NCBI GenBank assembly: GCA_030390025.1
Contig: CM059433.1
Location: 32,180,001-32,244,000, forward strand
DNA: 64,000 bases
Origin: Squalus acanthias
Lineage: Eukaryota
Direction of reading: 5' to 3'
Shown here: piece by piece, positions 23,689 through 36,122 of the stretch
How the letters are laid out: each line of letters begins with the position of its first letter
Position numbering within the stretch: position 1 is the stretch's first letter
Position numbers and translations under genes: made by a program
The notes under the pieces: generated by a model
Seen by the model: only the letters and a program-made list of their open reading frames with translations
Database searches by the model: none
Told to the model about the DNA's origin: nothing

Positions 23689-24517
23689 GGGGGCGATTTT
23701 CCCAGCCCTGGGGAGGCGGGTATGGAGGCGGGACTGCCGGGAAAATGGCAGAATCTGGGAGCGGGTACCCATCCCGCCCCCAACCCGCCTCCGTGCCATC
23801 TTGCCAGGAGGCGGGTACCCAACCCTCCTGAGACGGGAAGGGGATTAGTGCCAATTAACTGCCTGTTAACAGGTAGTTAACAGGCAGTTTTTTGGCTAAT
23901 CCTTATTTTGAGCCCTAAAGTGTGGTCTTCCCGATGGCTCCGAACCTCGCCAGGGTCAGCGAGGTGAGCCGTGGGTCTGCGGGGGTTGGAGGGGCCAAAA
24001 TGTTCAGTATGCAGGTGAGTGATGAGTGCAAGTGTGGAGAGGTAAGTGTGTGAGGTGACTCTAAAGTGTTTTAATAAGATTACTTTCCTTTGCTTCTTCC
24101 TCCAGGCTTCATCCCTTTAGGCTGCAGAGCTGCCTCATCTCCACGGCAGAGATGACAGAATGGCTGCTGCATTCTCCGATGCAACAGCCATCTGATTACT
24201 GCTCAGGAAAGAGGTTTGGTGAGTCTTGAGTACAAGGACTCACCAAAGAACAGAGATTGTCTGTGTTTGACAGCTTCTCAAAGCTGTCAAACAATGACAA
24301 TTCATCAGTCAAAAATTTTTGACAGATGAAACGTCATACACTGACGTTCTCTATCATCGGCTTTCCCTTAATTGGCCTGCTAAGCCCGCTGGGCGGGCTT
24401 AACAAGGTCAATCAAGGGAAAATAGCATGGGTTGGCCAGGCATCGATGGAGGCGGGACTAAAACCTGAAAAGCAGCTTTCCCACCTCCATCACATCCCCA
24501 TTGATAAAATCACCCCC
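23689..24517 (+). mobile_element. ~830 bp non-autonomous TIR element, copy C (inside CR1 RT)
   Basis: TIRs gggggcgatttt / aaaatcaccccc with TSD AAA. Removing it restores gaggacacaaagagtctgcaa (EDTKSLQ). Confidence 0.92.
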
Positions 24518-25416
24518 AAAGAGTCTGCAAAGGGATATGGATAGGTTAAGTGAGTGGGCAAAAATTTGGCAGATGGAGTATAATGTGGGAAAATGTGAGG
24601 TATTCCACTTTGGTAGGAAGAATAGAAAAGCAATGTATTATTTAAATGGAGAGATACGACTGAATGCTGCGGTAGAGAGGGATCTGGGGGTCCTCGTACA
24701 TGAAACACAAAAAGTTAGCATGCAGGTACAGCAAGTAAATAGGAAGGCAAATGGAATGTTGGCCTTTATTGCAAGGGGGATGGAGTATAAAAGTAAGGAA
24801 GTCTTGCTACAACTGTACAGGGCGCTGGTGAGACTACACCTGGAGTACTGCGTGCAGTTTTGGTCTCCTTATTTAAGGAGGGATATACTTGCATTGGAAG
24901 CAGTTCAGAGAAGGTTCACGAGGTTGATTCCGGAGATGAAGGGGCTGTCTTATGAAAAAAGGTTGAGCAGGTTGAGCCTATACTCATTGGAGTTTAGAAG
25001 AATGAGAGGGGATCTTATTGAAACATATAAGATTCTGAGGGGACTTGGCAGGGTTGATGCTGAGAGAATGTTTCCCCTAGTGGGGGAATCTAGAACTAGG
25101 GGGCATAATTTCAGAATAAGGGGTCGTCCATTTAAGACAGAGATGAGGAGGAATTTCTTCTCTCAGAGGGTCGTGAATCTTTGGAATTCTCTACCCCAGA
25201 GAGCTGTGGAGGTTGAGTCATTCAATATATTCAAGGCTGAGATAGACAGATTTTTGAACTACAGGGGAGTCAAGGGTTATGGGGAACAGGCAGAAAAGTG
25301 GAGTTGAGGCCAAGATCAGATCAGCCATGATCTTACTGAATGGCAGAGCAGGCTCGAGGGGCCGAATTGCCTACTCCTTCTCCTATTTCTTATGTTCTTA
25401 TGCTCTTGTGCTCTTA

Positions 25417-25745
25417 TGTAGTAGATAGGGAGAAACTGTTTAAACTGACAGGAGGGTCAGTAACCAGAGGACACAGATTTAAAATAATTGGCAAAAAATC
25501 AGGGGGGATTTTTTTTACGTAGCAAGTTGTTGTGATCTGGAATGCACTGCCTGAAAGGGTGGCGGAAGCAGATTCAATAATAACTTTCAAAAAGGGAATT
25601 GGATATATACTGGAAAAGGAAAATTTTGCAGGGCTATGGGGAAAGAGCAGAGGACTGCGATTAATTAGATAGCTCTTTCAAAGAGCCGGCACAGGCTTGA
25701 TGGGCCGAAAGGCCTTTTTCTGTACTATATGATTCGATGGTTCTA
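25417..25745 (+). mobile_element. CR1 LINE 3' fragment (second family)
   Basis: DREKLF...TRGHRFKIIGK...WNALPE plus a UTR ending tactatatgattc. Confidence 0.8.
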
Positions 25746-26412
25746 TTTATTTTTTAAGAGGAAAGGAGCGCTGGGATTGTCCTGGAGGTCTATTGGCACC
25801 TGGAGATGAGACGTGGGCTGCTACTGCAGGCGTGCACACTTCATCAGAATATGGTTCTGACATTGGCCGGAATTTTCTGGGGTCCGTGCGACGTGATCGG
25901 AGGCGGGTCGGGTGGGAAATTTGCAATATCTTGGAGCGGGGCAGAAACCCGCCGTCGTCCCGCCCCCACGCACCTTTCCCTTAGGCGCGTTTGCCGGTGT
26001 GGCAGCGACCCGAACGGTAGCGGCGGGCGAGCTAATTTAAATCATTATTAGGTGCTTGTTAGACCCTTAAGAGTCTTTTTAAACCTAACTTTCAAATTAA
26101 CCTGGATGACCACGGGAATCACGCAGCTCGGGAACCATGTCTGTCAACCTGAGGCAGCAGTTGAGTGGCCATTGATCCAGCTGATTAGTACACAGCATGA
26201 AAAGTACAATAAAAACTCCCACCTCACAGCTGATCACGTTCCTCAGGCAGAAGCTGTTGCTGACTGCATTGTCAGCGCAAATTTAGCTTTCTAGAGGCTG
26301 CAAGTGTTTCTAGCAAAGTCGTTATCCAGTGTCACCTCATTGTTAGAACTTATCACATTATTGACAGATTGCTTCTGTCATCTCTACTTGACCTGCTATC
26401 TATTCCATCAGC

Positions 26413-27282
26413 ATGGGTGCCATTTACCTTGGTCCTCAGAATCAGAGCACGATGAGCCCCAACACCAGCAGTACCAGGCACACCCGCAGCACCAACAACA
26501 ACACCACCAATCTTCTCCTCAACCACCTGATGCTGCACAGGACAGAGGGCATTAGCGCAGGGCTGCACCGCGCTGGAGGCAATACCTCCAACACAGGGTA
26601 TACAGGCAGAGGATGAGTTTCTTCAACATGACTGAGCAGCAGTGCCAAAGGAGGCTCAGGCTATCGCACCAGGTCTTTCGCAGACATTTGGTTCTTTCCA
26701 GGGATCTGCAGCAAGCATTTGCGGCATCTCGCAGTCGGCCGCCCACAGATGCATCACACAGGTTACCGATGCCTTGTTTGCCAAGTCAGCCAATTATATC
26801 AACTTTGCCACTGATGAAGCCAATGTTACTGAGTGGGCACTCGGCTTTGCCGCTCTGGCTGGCTTCGCACGGGAGCCGGGCGTCATCGACTGCACACATA
26901 TGGCCATCAGGGCACCCCATGATCACCCAGGAGTGTTTGTCAACTGCAAGGGCCTCCACTTCCTCAAAGTGCAGCTCATCTACAACCATAGGAAGATCAT
27001 CAGGCACGTGTGCGCCAAATTCCCTGGTAGCTGCCATGACTCTTTCATCCTGCGCCAGTCCACCCTCCCTCAACTCTTCACTCCTCCAAACAGACTTTCC
27101 GGCTGGCTGCTTGGAGACAAGGGGTATCCACTGAAGACGTGACTCATGACACCCTTGAGGAGGCCAAGTACTGAGACCCAGGAGAGATACAATGAAAGCC
27201 ACATTTCCACCAGATATGTCATAGAGCAGACAATAGGCACGCTGAAAATGTGCTTCAGATGCCTTGAAAGATCTGGAGGATC
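26413..27282 (+). pseudogene. Harbinger DDE transposase (deletions, frameshifts, stop)
   Basis: [67 protein letters not shown]. Truncated after RCLERSGG. Confidence 0.92.
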
Positions 27283-27284
27283 TA

Positions 27285-28660
27285 CTTGTGTGTCATCTTT
27301 CTCTTACGCGTGCTGCTACGACGTGCTACCCTTGTGGTTTCAGCAGAGGTAGAGGCAGCCTGCTCACTTCCCTGCTGCGACTGCTTAGACACCCTTGGCG
27401 GATGGCCTCTGGGTTTTGGAGCCTCTGATGGCCCCGCCAAAATCTGCTCTTCTTGCGACTGTGCAGAGGCAGACTCGGCCATCGCTGTCCGAGGAGGCAT
27501 CTGGGACTCTGACTGAGGGGGGTGGCAATGGGGGAAAAGTGTAAGCGCTGTGAGAGGAACCCACACTTACATGTCCCCTCTCACCATCATTCTTCTCATG
27601 GGCACCTTGCTGCACATCAGTGAGGCCACGAGGACCCATGTTTACGTTGACATCCCTCCTAGAGAGGAGGTCTATGAGCCTCTGCCATCTATTCTGTGCT
27701 GGTGATGGGTGCGCTTACGACTGGTAACGGTGCGCCCTCAGAGGCTGGAGGCTCCTGAGGAGTCGTTTTCCTCTTCCTCCTGGACAGTGGGGGTGGCTCT
27801 TGATGGACCTGTGGGAGAGTAAAAGGATGCATTAGATATGTCATATGAAGAGTGGGTACAGATACCATTATGCACATGATGACCATTCAGTGGCTGCTGA
27901 CATCAAGCCCCATATGAGTGACTGATGTATGCCATGTGGCTGTATGATATGTAATTCTGTCACCAGGTTGCTGAGATGGCCCCCTCTCTCCATCTCCCAC
28001 CTCCAGCTGCTCAGTGACTCCAGAAACTTCTAAGGCAGCCTCCTCTGCTGATATTAGGGTCACCAATGATGGCGTTCCACCTCCGGTTCTCTTCCTCTCC
28101 CTGTTACTGTGGGCTCTCTCCTGCAGGGAGGGAAAGAAGAGATGGTTGAGTGAGAGATGGAATGAATGTAAGGAATTGATGGGTTACATCTTTTGAGGGA
28201 GACTCTGATGGAGTGGGGTGCCAAAGCCAAGTGGCCTCCTTGTGTGTTGTTAGTTGGTATGATTTCATTAAGATGAGGCTGAGTGTGAAAGGTGGCTAGT
28301 CAGATGGGGATGTGAGTATGCAGATATATAGAGAGAGGGATGGGTGGACATGCAAGGTATGTTGGTGTGAGTAAAGATGTGCAGCAGCAGGGTTGAAAAA
28401 GCAGAGTGACGGGGATGTGATGAGAGGCACAGCAGGATGAAGTTGAGTGTGGCTTTGTACTCACCTTTCCTGATCTAATGAGGTCATTGAAGCGCTTCTG
28501 GCACTGCACCCAGGTCCTCCTGACCACATCTCTGCTGTTCACCTCCTCTGCAATTTAGAGCCAGGCTTTTTTGGTCTCCTGGGGAGGTATCTTTCACCCA
28601 TTAGAAGGGAAGAGGACCTCCCTGCGTGTTCTCACTCCCTCCACAAGCATATGGAGGGTC
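27285..28660 (-). pseudogene. Harbinger Myb/SANT-like gene, three exons, degraded
   Basis: Exon 1 ends ...RRTWVQCQKRFNDLIRSGK|gtgagt near 28464. Exon 2 is ~28121-27964 (ERAHSNRERKRTGGG). Exon 3 starts near 27809 and ends RRSSTRKRK. Confidence 0.85.
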
Positions 28661-29386
28661 TCTGTCTTTGTGCAGTCATCTCTGGAAATGTTTGCAGCAG
28701 TCCAATTGTGCAGTGTGCTGCCAGCACACTCCTAGATGAACTTTCAAATGCAATGTGGCCATGGCTCCTTTAAATATCCCGGATGAAAATGTGTCATTGA
28801 TGACGTCACCAGACCCACACCATTTAATTGGGTCACGCAGGGCGGGCTTACTAGGCCTCATTAACACAAAGTCGATTTCAGGAGCAGGATGTAATCAACA
28901 ACGGGGTCGCGACCTGCCATGGCAACCGCCCGCACCCGACCCGCCCAGGTAAACAAAATTCCAGCCATTGTATCTGTACCTGGGGTGTTAGCACTTCTCT
29001 TTTCAAGTGTGGATGGGGCAGTTGTATTTGCAGCAGTTTCACTTTTTATTTTCCATACCATGCCTTCTCATTGCCTCACTTAGCTCATTCCTTGCCCTTT
29101 AGTTCTTCAATGTGTCTTAATTGCTTGGCTGTAACAGTCATCTAGAAAAATGAGTGCCTACAGCTTCCTTCATTTCCTGAGTGACGAGTGCAGAGAACAT
29201 ATAGGTGCACATAACTTACTACAAACTGGCAATCTCACACAATTGGTGCTCTAAAATATAGAAAGGTTCACACACTGGCCAGTGAGTGTTGCTCTTTTGA
29301 GGCTGGGATTAAGGTATATTTTTGAACTTCAGTAGGGAAGGCTTTATTCTGCATCTGGTCATTCTGTGCCTGTTCTGAGAATAATT

Positions 29387-29730
29387 GGAGGTAATGTTAA
29401 TTCCCCATGACGGGCATGGGAGGGGATGGTTAAAAAAAATGTAAATCTGAAACCCGAGCCCAACCTGCCTCCAACTTCCGGTTTTAATGGAGGCAGGTTA
29501 CGGAGCGGGCGACTAACCTGCTCTCCACTCGCCGGCTACAGCCTTCCAGCGCAGGCATTCCTGCCCGACAACCAGCTAACTTCTCAATCTGGCCAGCTGC
29601 CTGCCAGGAAATGGAGAGAAAAAAATTCTAACGATTTCAACGGCAGGAGCCCCCAGATTACTTGCATTTCCGGGTTTCCAGGCCCCTACAACCCCCACGC
29701 CCTCCCAACATCCCCATAAATATCGGAGCC
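29387..29730. mobile_element. Short MITE-like element
   Basis: Left end resembles the reverse complement of the termini at 44156 and 57884. Flanked by ATT on both sides. TIRs are degenerate. Confidence 0.55.
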
Positions 29731-30159
29731 ATTATGTCAGAAGTAGAAATTGTTTCAGTAACATTGACAGCATTCCTGTTAATGATAAACATTCCTCCAG
29801 AAACGCAGCTTAAGACAAATGAAAATGAGTTTTTTATCCTTACAATATCAAAAGCAAGCTGAGGGGTGAAAACTGGGTATTCAATGGATATGCTGATAGG
29901 GTGAGATGAAGAGGGATGGGAGGAAGCTTGTGTGGCACATAAACACCGGCATAGACCAGTTGGACCGAATGGCGGGTGGGAGCGGAATCTCTGGCGGCAG
30001 GAGTCCGTTGGCTGGCATTCAAGGAATAGTTGCCGACACTTGGGTAAGTCACGGGGGGTGAAGGTGGTGGGGGGAGTGGGGCGTGGACAGGCAGGATTGA
30101 AGCCGGGGGGGGGCAGGGGAATCCTAAACTTCACTTGTGGCATTCCTGCTCCTCCTGGC

Positions 30160-30548
30160 TGTGTACAGCTGTGGCTCAGTTGTTGAATTCTCACCTCTGA
30201 GTCAGAAAAGTGTGAGTTCAAGTCCCACTCCAGAGACTTGAGCATAAAATCTACACTGACACTCCAGTGCAGTACTGAGGGAGATCCCACGGCACTATTT
30301 CGAAGAAGAGCAGGGGAGTTATTCCCGGTGTCCTGGCCAATATTTATCCCTCAATCAACATCACTAAAAAACAGATAATCTGGTCATTATCACATTGCTG
30401 TCTGTAGGAGCTTGCTGTTTGTAAATTGGCTGCCGTGTTTCCTACATTACAACAGTGAGTACACTTCAAATGTACTTCATTAGCTGTAAAGCGCTTTTGG
30501 TCATCCTGAAGTCGTGAAAGCTGCTATATAAATGCAAGTCTTTTCTTT
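30160..30548 (+). mobile_element. DeuSINE (SacSINE1-like)
   Basis: tRNA-like head, Deu core ggcactatttcgaagaagagcaggggag...tggccaatatttatccctca, and tail tatataaatgcaagtcttttc. Confidence 0.88.
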
Positions 30549-31087
30549 AGATCTCCCAGCTCTTCTTCGAATAGTACCGTGGCATCTGTTACGTCCATCT
30601 GAACAGGCAGTTTAAAAGGTAGAATACTTGAGCAGAAATAGGGCTGGTAAAAATGACATGTTAAGCTGGACCAAGCTGCCAATAGCTCACCTGTAAATAT
30701 ACTCAAAGAGTGAACTGGTGTGATTGATGGTTTTGGTTGCATGTCAGGAGCCTTTAAATGAAGCAGAATCCTGGTGCAGCAACCGTGATACGTAAACCCC
30801 AGAGAGTACCTAAAGAGACACTAAAGGAAAGAGAGATCTCAAACCTATGGAGAAAATCGGTGCAATTAAAAAGTTAATCGATCCAGCATCACAGCTTAGC
30901 TCAATGTTAGTGGTCGATAAGAAAAACTGATCAGATTCTCATATAGCAGCACACCCCTTGAAACATTGCTTCACATGGAAAGGCACTGCACTGTGCTCCA
31001 CTGAAATGCTTGTCTGCATGTGAGTGAGGAAATGAATGATTGAATAAATGAATAAGAGAGATACAGAATGAAAAGCAAAGAATACTC

Positions 31088-31640
31088 TGCTGGGGGAGTC
31101 CAGAACAAGGGGGCATAACCTTAAAATTAGAGCTAGGCCATTCAGGGGTGATGGCAGGAAGCACTTCTTCACACAAAAGGGTAATGGACATCTGGAACTC
31201 TCTCCCCAAAATAAATCTAATAAAGAATTCAGGAGAAACCTCTTTATCCAGAGATTGGTTAGAATGTGGAACTTGCTACCACAAGGGGCAGTCGAGGCGA
31301 ATAGCATGGATGCCTTTAAGGGCAATATAGATAAACACATGAGGGAGAAAGGAATAGAAGGATATGCTGATAGGGTGAGATGAAGAGGAGTGGGAGGAGG
31401 CTCGTGTAGAACATAAACACTGGCATGGACCAGTTGGACCGAATGGTCTGTTTCTGCACTGTTAATTCTATGTAAAAAGCTGTTGAGGCTGGGGGTTAAT
31501 TGAAAATTTGAAAACTGAGATTGATAGATTTTTGTTGGGCAAGGGAACCAAGGCGGGTAAATTGAGTTAAGATACAGATCAGCCATGATCTAATGATCTC
31601 ATTGAATGGTGGAGCATGCTCGAGGGGCTGAATGGCCTGG
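31088..31640 (+). mobile_element. CR1 3' fragment with another CR1 3' fragment nested at ~31210-31473
   Basis: The outer ...WNSLP reading resumes at aaagctgttgaggct after an inner fragment that has its own tail. Confidence 0.8.
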
Positions 31641-33236
31641 TCCTGTTCATACGTTCCTAGGCTGTTGACTCACATACACGAAGGGCTGGGTGAAGACTGT
31701 CCAAAGCGATTGCATTTGAATTCCATGTAGCCAGATAATATAATTATTTCATCAGCACAGGCTTGATTAAAAGATAAAAGGGCAGCATTCTCACCCAGTG
31801 AAAGCAGGGTTTTTTTCAAAACAACTTTGCTCCATCAATCTATTAAAATAAATTATATTAAGTGCGTCACCAACAGCATATTTAAAAGGAGGTAGTCAGC
31901 ATATTCTAAACGTTTATTTAAAAAAATCATATAGCACTCATGTTAGTAACTGGCTGCTCTTTCACACATATATCACCTGCTAAAACAAAGATTTGTAGTA
32001 TAAATTTATTAATCGTGGTCTTAAAATAACTGCAAGTATGATGATTTTTTTTAAAGCACAGCTTGATCAATAGTTATTGGGAAGCAATTTTTTAAAATGA
32101 TATTGCATCGTAATTTTAAACACAACAGACTACTGCACTTTAAACTTAACATGGTCTTTGATAAGTAGATTTCACTTTTGTGAAATCATTACTCACAGCG
32201 TATATTTCCATCAAACTGTAAATTGAGTGTCACTCAGCTATACTGCAATGTAAATAAATTCTAACACAAATATTCTCTGAGGTGTGTAGTACACGTTTGG
32301 GAGAGTCAACATATGTATAGTGAGCAGAGAAAGGACAAACACAGAATAATATGGCATTAGCTGACATTTGCGGTATGTCGGAAGGTCAGACTGGTATGGC
32401 AGTCATTGTAGAGCAGTAATCAAACCTGGCCACCTTGCAGTTCAATTTCAGTTGACGCTTGGAACATTGATTCGGATATAGATTGGTCCTATAATGAAGA
32501 ACCAAAAGGCTGGGGATGCACTTGGGGAGGGGGGGAAGGGGATGAGAAGAGAGGGGAAGAACTACTCTGATTGCTATGTGTAAGGACATCGTAAATGCAT
32601 TCAAAAAGAAAATCTTTGTGACGTCACAACACAGTGACATCCTACATCCCAGGTGTCAGCCGTGGCTCAGTGGGAGCACTCCCAACTCTCAGTCAGAAGG
32701 TTGTGGGTTCAGGGACTTGAGCACAAATTCTAGGCTGACACTCCATGATCTAATTGAATGGCAGAACAGGCTCGAGGGGCTGAATGGCCTACTCCCAAAC
32801 CACACACCATTTATATTAAAATATTGTGGCAGAAAGCGATTCATATAACTGTACATTCTGTAGCTTCTTTTTGTTGCTGAAAATATAATGATACAAAAAT
32901 GTTCATTACAGATTAGCGAGAGTAAGAACTATGGAATGTTTGATTTCCCAGCATTTTAATCTATTGATTAGGAACCTTGTAAGTGACTTCACTTTCCGTC
33001 AATGTATTGTTTCGTTTTTCTACTACCGCTATAATTTTGCTCAGTTAAAAAAAAAAGCAAAAGAAGTTATAAAATTGAAATAAACATACAATTGAATTTG
33101 GATCCATAAGGTATTGTATTTGTGGTGAAATATAGATATTTGGACTGCTCCAAACTAAAAGGGTTTATTTACCACTTCCTAACTTGTTCCCTCTTTTTGG
33201 AGTTATACGAATTGTGGGGATTGAGTATAATTGAGC

Positions 33237-34047
33237 ATAATGTGGGGAAGTGTGAATTTATCCACTTTGGTACGAAGAATAGGAAAGCAGAATATTTTTT
33301 AAAAGGTGAGAGATTGGGAAATGTTGGTATTCAGAGGGATTCGGGTATACTTGTACACGAATCACAGAAAGTTAACATGCAGGTACAGCAAGCAATTAGG
33401 AAAGCCAAATGGTATGTCAGCCTTTATTGCAAGGGGTTTGTAGTCTAAAAGTAAGGAAGTCTTGCTGCACATATATAGGCTTTGGTGAGACTATACCTGG
33501 CGTACTGTGTACAGTTTTGGTCTCCTTACCTAAGGAAGGATATACTTGCCTTAGAGGGAGTGCAACAAAGGTTCACTTGATTGATTCCTGGGATGAGAGG
33601 GCTGTCCTAAGAAGAGAGATTGAGTAGAATGGGTCTATATTCTCTGGAGTTTAGAAGAGGTGATCTCATTGAAATGTATACAATTCTTAGAGAGCTTGAC
33701 AGAATAGATAGTGAGAGGTTGTTTCCCTTGGTTGGAAAGTCTAAAACTGGGGGTCATAGTCTCAGTCTAAGAGGTTGGCCATTTAGGACAGAGATGAGGA
33801 GAAATTTCTTCACTCAGAGGGTTGTGAATCTTTGGAATTCTCTACCCCAAAGGGCTGTGGATGCTCAATCGTTGAGTATATTCAAGACTGAGATCGATAG
33901 ATTTTTGGGCACTAGGGGGATCAAGGGATCTGGCAATAGTGCGGGAAAGTGGAGTTGATGTAAAAGTTCTGCCAGGATCTTATTGAATGGAGGAGCAGGT
34001 CCGATAGGCCGAATAGCCTACTCCTGCTCCTATATCTTATGTTCTTA
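33237..34047 (+). mobile_element. CR1 LINE 3' fragment
   Basis: NVGKCEFIHFG...FFTQRVVNLWNSLP...KWS* and tail tcttatgttctt. Confidence 0.9.
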
Positions 34048-35461
34048 ATGTGCTGCACAGCTGGTATTGGTGTAAAGAAGTTTGAGGTGTGTGTAATTTA
34101 GGTGTGAAATAGGCTAAATTGAATATAGGTAAATGGCATGGGAATATCTTCAGTCTCTGGTCTCACACTAAATCAGCTTCACACCAAAAGTACCAAGCCC
34201 TAGGCCAAAGAAAGTCCACTGATCAGTCAAGAGTGAGGTGTACCATCAGTAGCACTGTAAATTGTTTGGAGAATCATGATTAACATGGCAGTTATAAAAC
34301 CATTTCCTCATTTTAAACCCTTGAATAAAGGGTTCCTTCCACTGATTTAAATTGAAATCAAAACAATCCTGCATCTTACAGACATTACAAAATTACAACA
34401 AGGGTGACAAAGGACATTCAGGCACATCAATGCTCATTCCCATCCATGGGATAGACAACCTGTGCACCACCCTCCCCAGTCACCGGTAATGCTGACTCTA
34501 AGAGGAAGCAAAAAATAAAACAGAGATAAGAAACCTGTGTGAATTCATAAAATAACATAAAATTAACAGCACAGAAACTGGCCATTCAGCCCAACTGGTC
34601 TATGCTGGCGTTTATGCTCCACACAAGTCTCCTCCCACCCCTCTTCATCTAACCACATCAACTTTCAGTTGCTTAAGTTTCCCATTACAAGCCAATGTTA
34701 ACTAGACCATGGATATGTAAGCAATGCAAGTTAAAATCTGATCTTGTTGCTAATGTTGATTTGCTTATTGGGTGGGAAAAGGTTAAGATGGAAGAACAAA
34801 CATCGAATTCATCGTGTGTGCATTTCATTGGTATTCATCATTTATATAATTACGTGAACTATCACTGTCTCACTAAATAATGAAATCTAGCCTATTTTTA
34901 GCTTAAGCTGGGGTCTCAGCTGTTTTTATTTGTGTCCTATATAAAATTACTATTTATGACTGCAACTTAACACTGTCCATCATACTTAAATTGGCTGCAA
35001 TTTCACATGCTTAATCAAAAGGTCCTCATTTATTGAAAATGAACGATTAATTTGCTTGCGAAGGCCAATATTTAGAACGTTCAGTGTCCACGGGCCCTCA
35101 GCGTGAACCTCTTTCTGTTTTCCGAATGCGCCGTAGCATCTACTTCAATTTTAAAAAAATACAGGATTGAGAAGATACACCGCTGTCAGCTTTGGCATTT
35201 TACCAGCAGTCAGATTTATCTCCTGACAACTGGCTTCAGTTGCATACGAATCAATTATATTTTAAGCCGAAAGCAGAGTTTTGACACTGAAAACAGAAAA
35301 ACCCCAGAGTGCTCAGGCTTGTTTACTGCTAAGTCAGTGTGGCTAATTTTATCTTCAGTGCGGTACGGATGGAGTGCTGCGCTGTCAGAAAAGACACAGG
35401 GCCAGGAAGGGAAAAAAAATCTGGAAAATTCCTCTCTGACCCTCTCAGGCGATCGAAACCA

Positions 35462-35858
35462 GTCCAATGAAGTACTTTTTGAAGTGTAGTCACTGTTGTA
35501 ATGTAGAAAACATGGCAGCCAATTTGCACACACAAACAGCAATGTGATGATGACCAGATAATCTGTTTTAGTGATGTTGGTTGAGGGATAAATATTGGCC
35601 AGGACACCAGAAGAACTCCTAAGCTCTTCTACTGAATAGCGACAGAGGATCTTTTACGTCCACCTGAGAGAGCAGATAGGGCCTCAGTTTAACGTCTTAT
35701 CCGAAAGACAGCACCTCCAACAGTGCAGCACTCCCTCAGTACTGCACTGGGGTATCAGTCTAGATTTTTGTGCTCAAGTCTCTAGAGTGGGACTTGAACC
35801 CACAACCGTCTAACTCAGTGGCGCAGCAAGGGTGCTACCAACTGAGCCACAGCTGGCA
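35462..35858 (-). mobile_element. DeuSINE (SacSINE1-like), near full length
   Basis: Reverse complement of the same head and Deu core as 30160-30548. Confidence 0.88.
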
Positions 35859-35879
35859 CTTATAACTTAGATAACACTT

Positions 35880-36122
35880 AGTCCATGTGATCTCCTGGAC
35901 AGGTTTCGATTGCCTGAGAGGGTCAAAGAGGAATTTTCCAGGTTATTTTTTCCCTGGGTTTTTTCTGGGTTTTTTTGCCTCTCCCAGGAGATCACATGGC
36001 TACGTATGGGGGGTGCGGAAGTGGTAAAGAAGTGTCTAGTCATGGTGCTCCAGTCATCATGCGTGTGGGGCAGGCTTGATGGACCAGCTGGTCTTTTCCT
36101 GTCCATCAATGTATTATGATCG
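35880..36122 (+). mobile_element. Structured LINE 3' UTR fragment (probably CR1)
   Basis: Perfect 16-bp inverted repeat ccatgtgatctcctgg/ccaggagatcacatgg, then a CR1-like terminal stem gatggaccagctggtc. Confidence 0.55.

Larger units (their letters stand above)
22130..25410 (+). mobile_element. Internally deleted CR1 LINE (ORF1 N-terminus joined to ORF2 RT/C-terminus), interrupted by two TIR elements
   Basis: ORF1 zinc finger/leucine zipper MEGQLMCCSCSMWE...CSKCLQLEELRLRVDELE, resuming LFQEAVTP after 23168. RT motifs VPQGSVLGP...FADDTK, C-terminal ORF to 25307 and a CR1 tail. Confidence 0.9.
25865..28966. mobile_element. PIF/Harbinger transposon with both TIRs, internally deleted
   Basis: TIRs ggccggaatttt / aaaattccagcc and TSD ATT on both sides. 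Transposase on +, Myb gene on -. Confidence 0.93.

Noticed and set aside
30165..30235. tRNA gene
   Set aside because: A/B-box-like head of a SINE followed directly by the SINE body, with no complete cloverleaf.
29658..30290. 210-aa ORF
   Set aside because: Antisense read-through of SINE, MITE and CR1 tail fragments.
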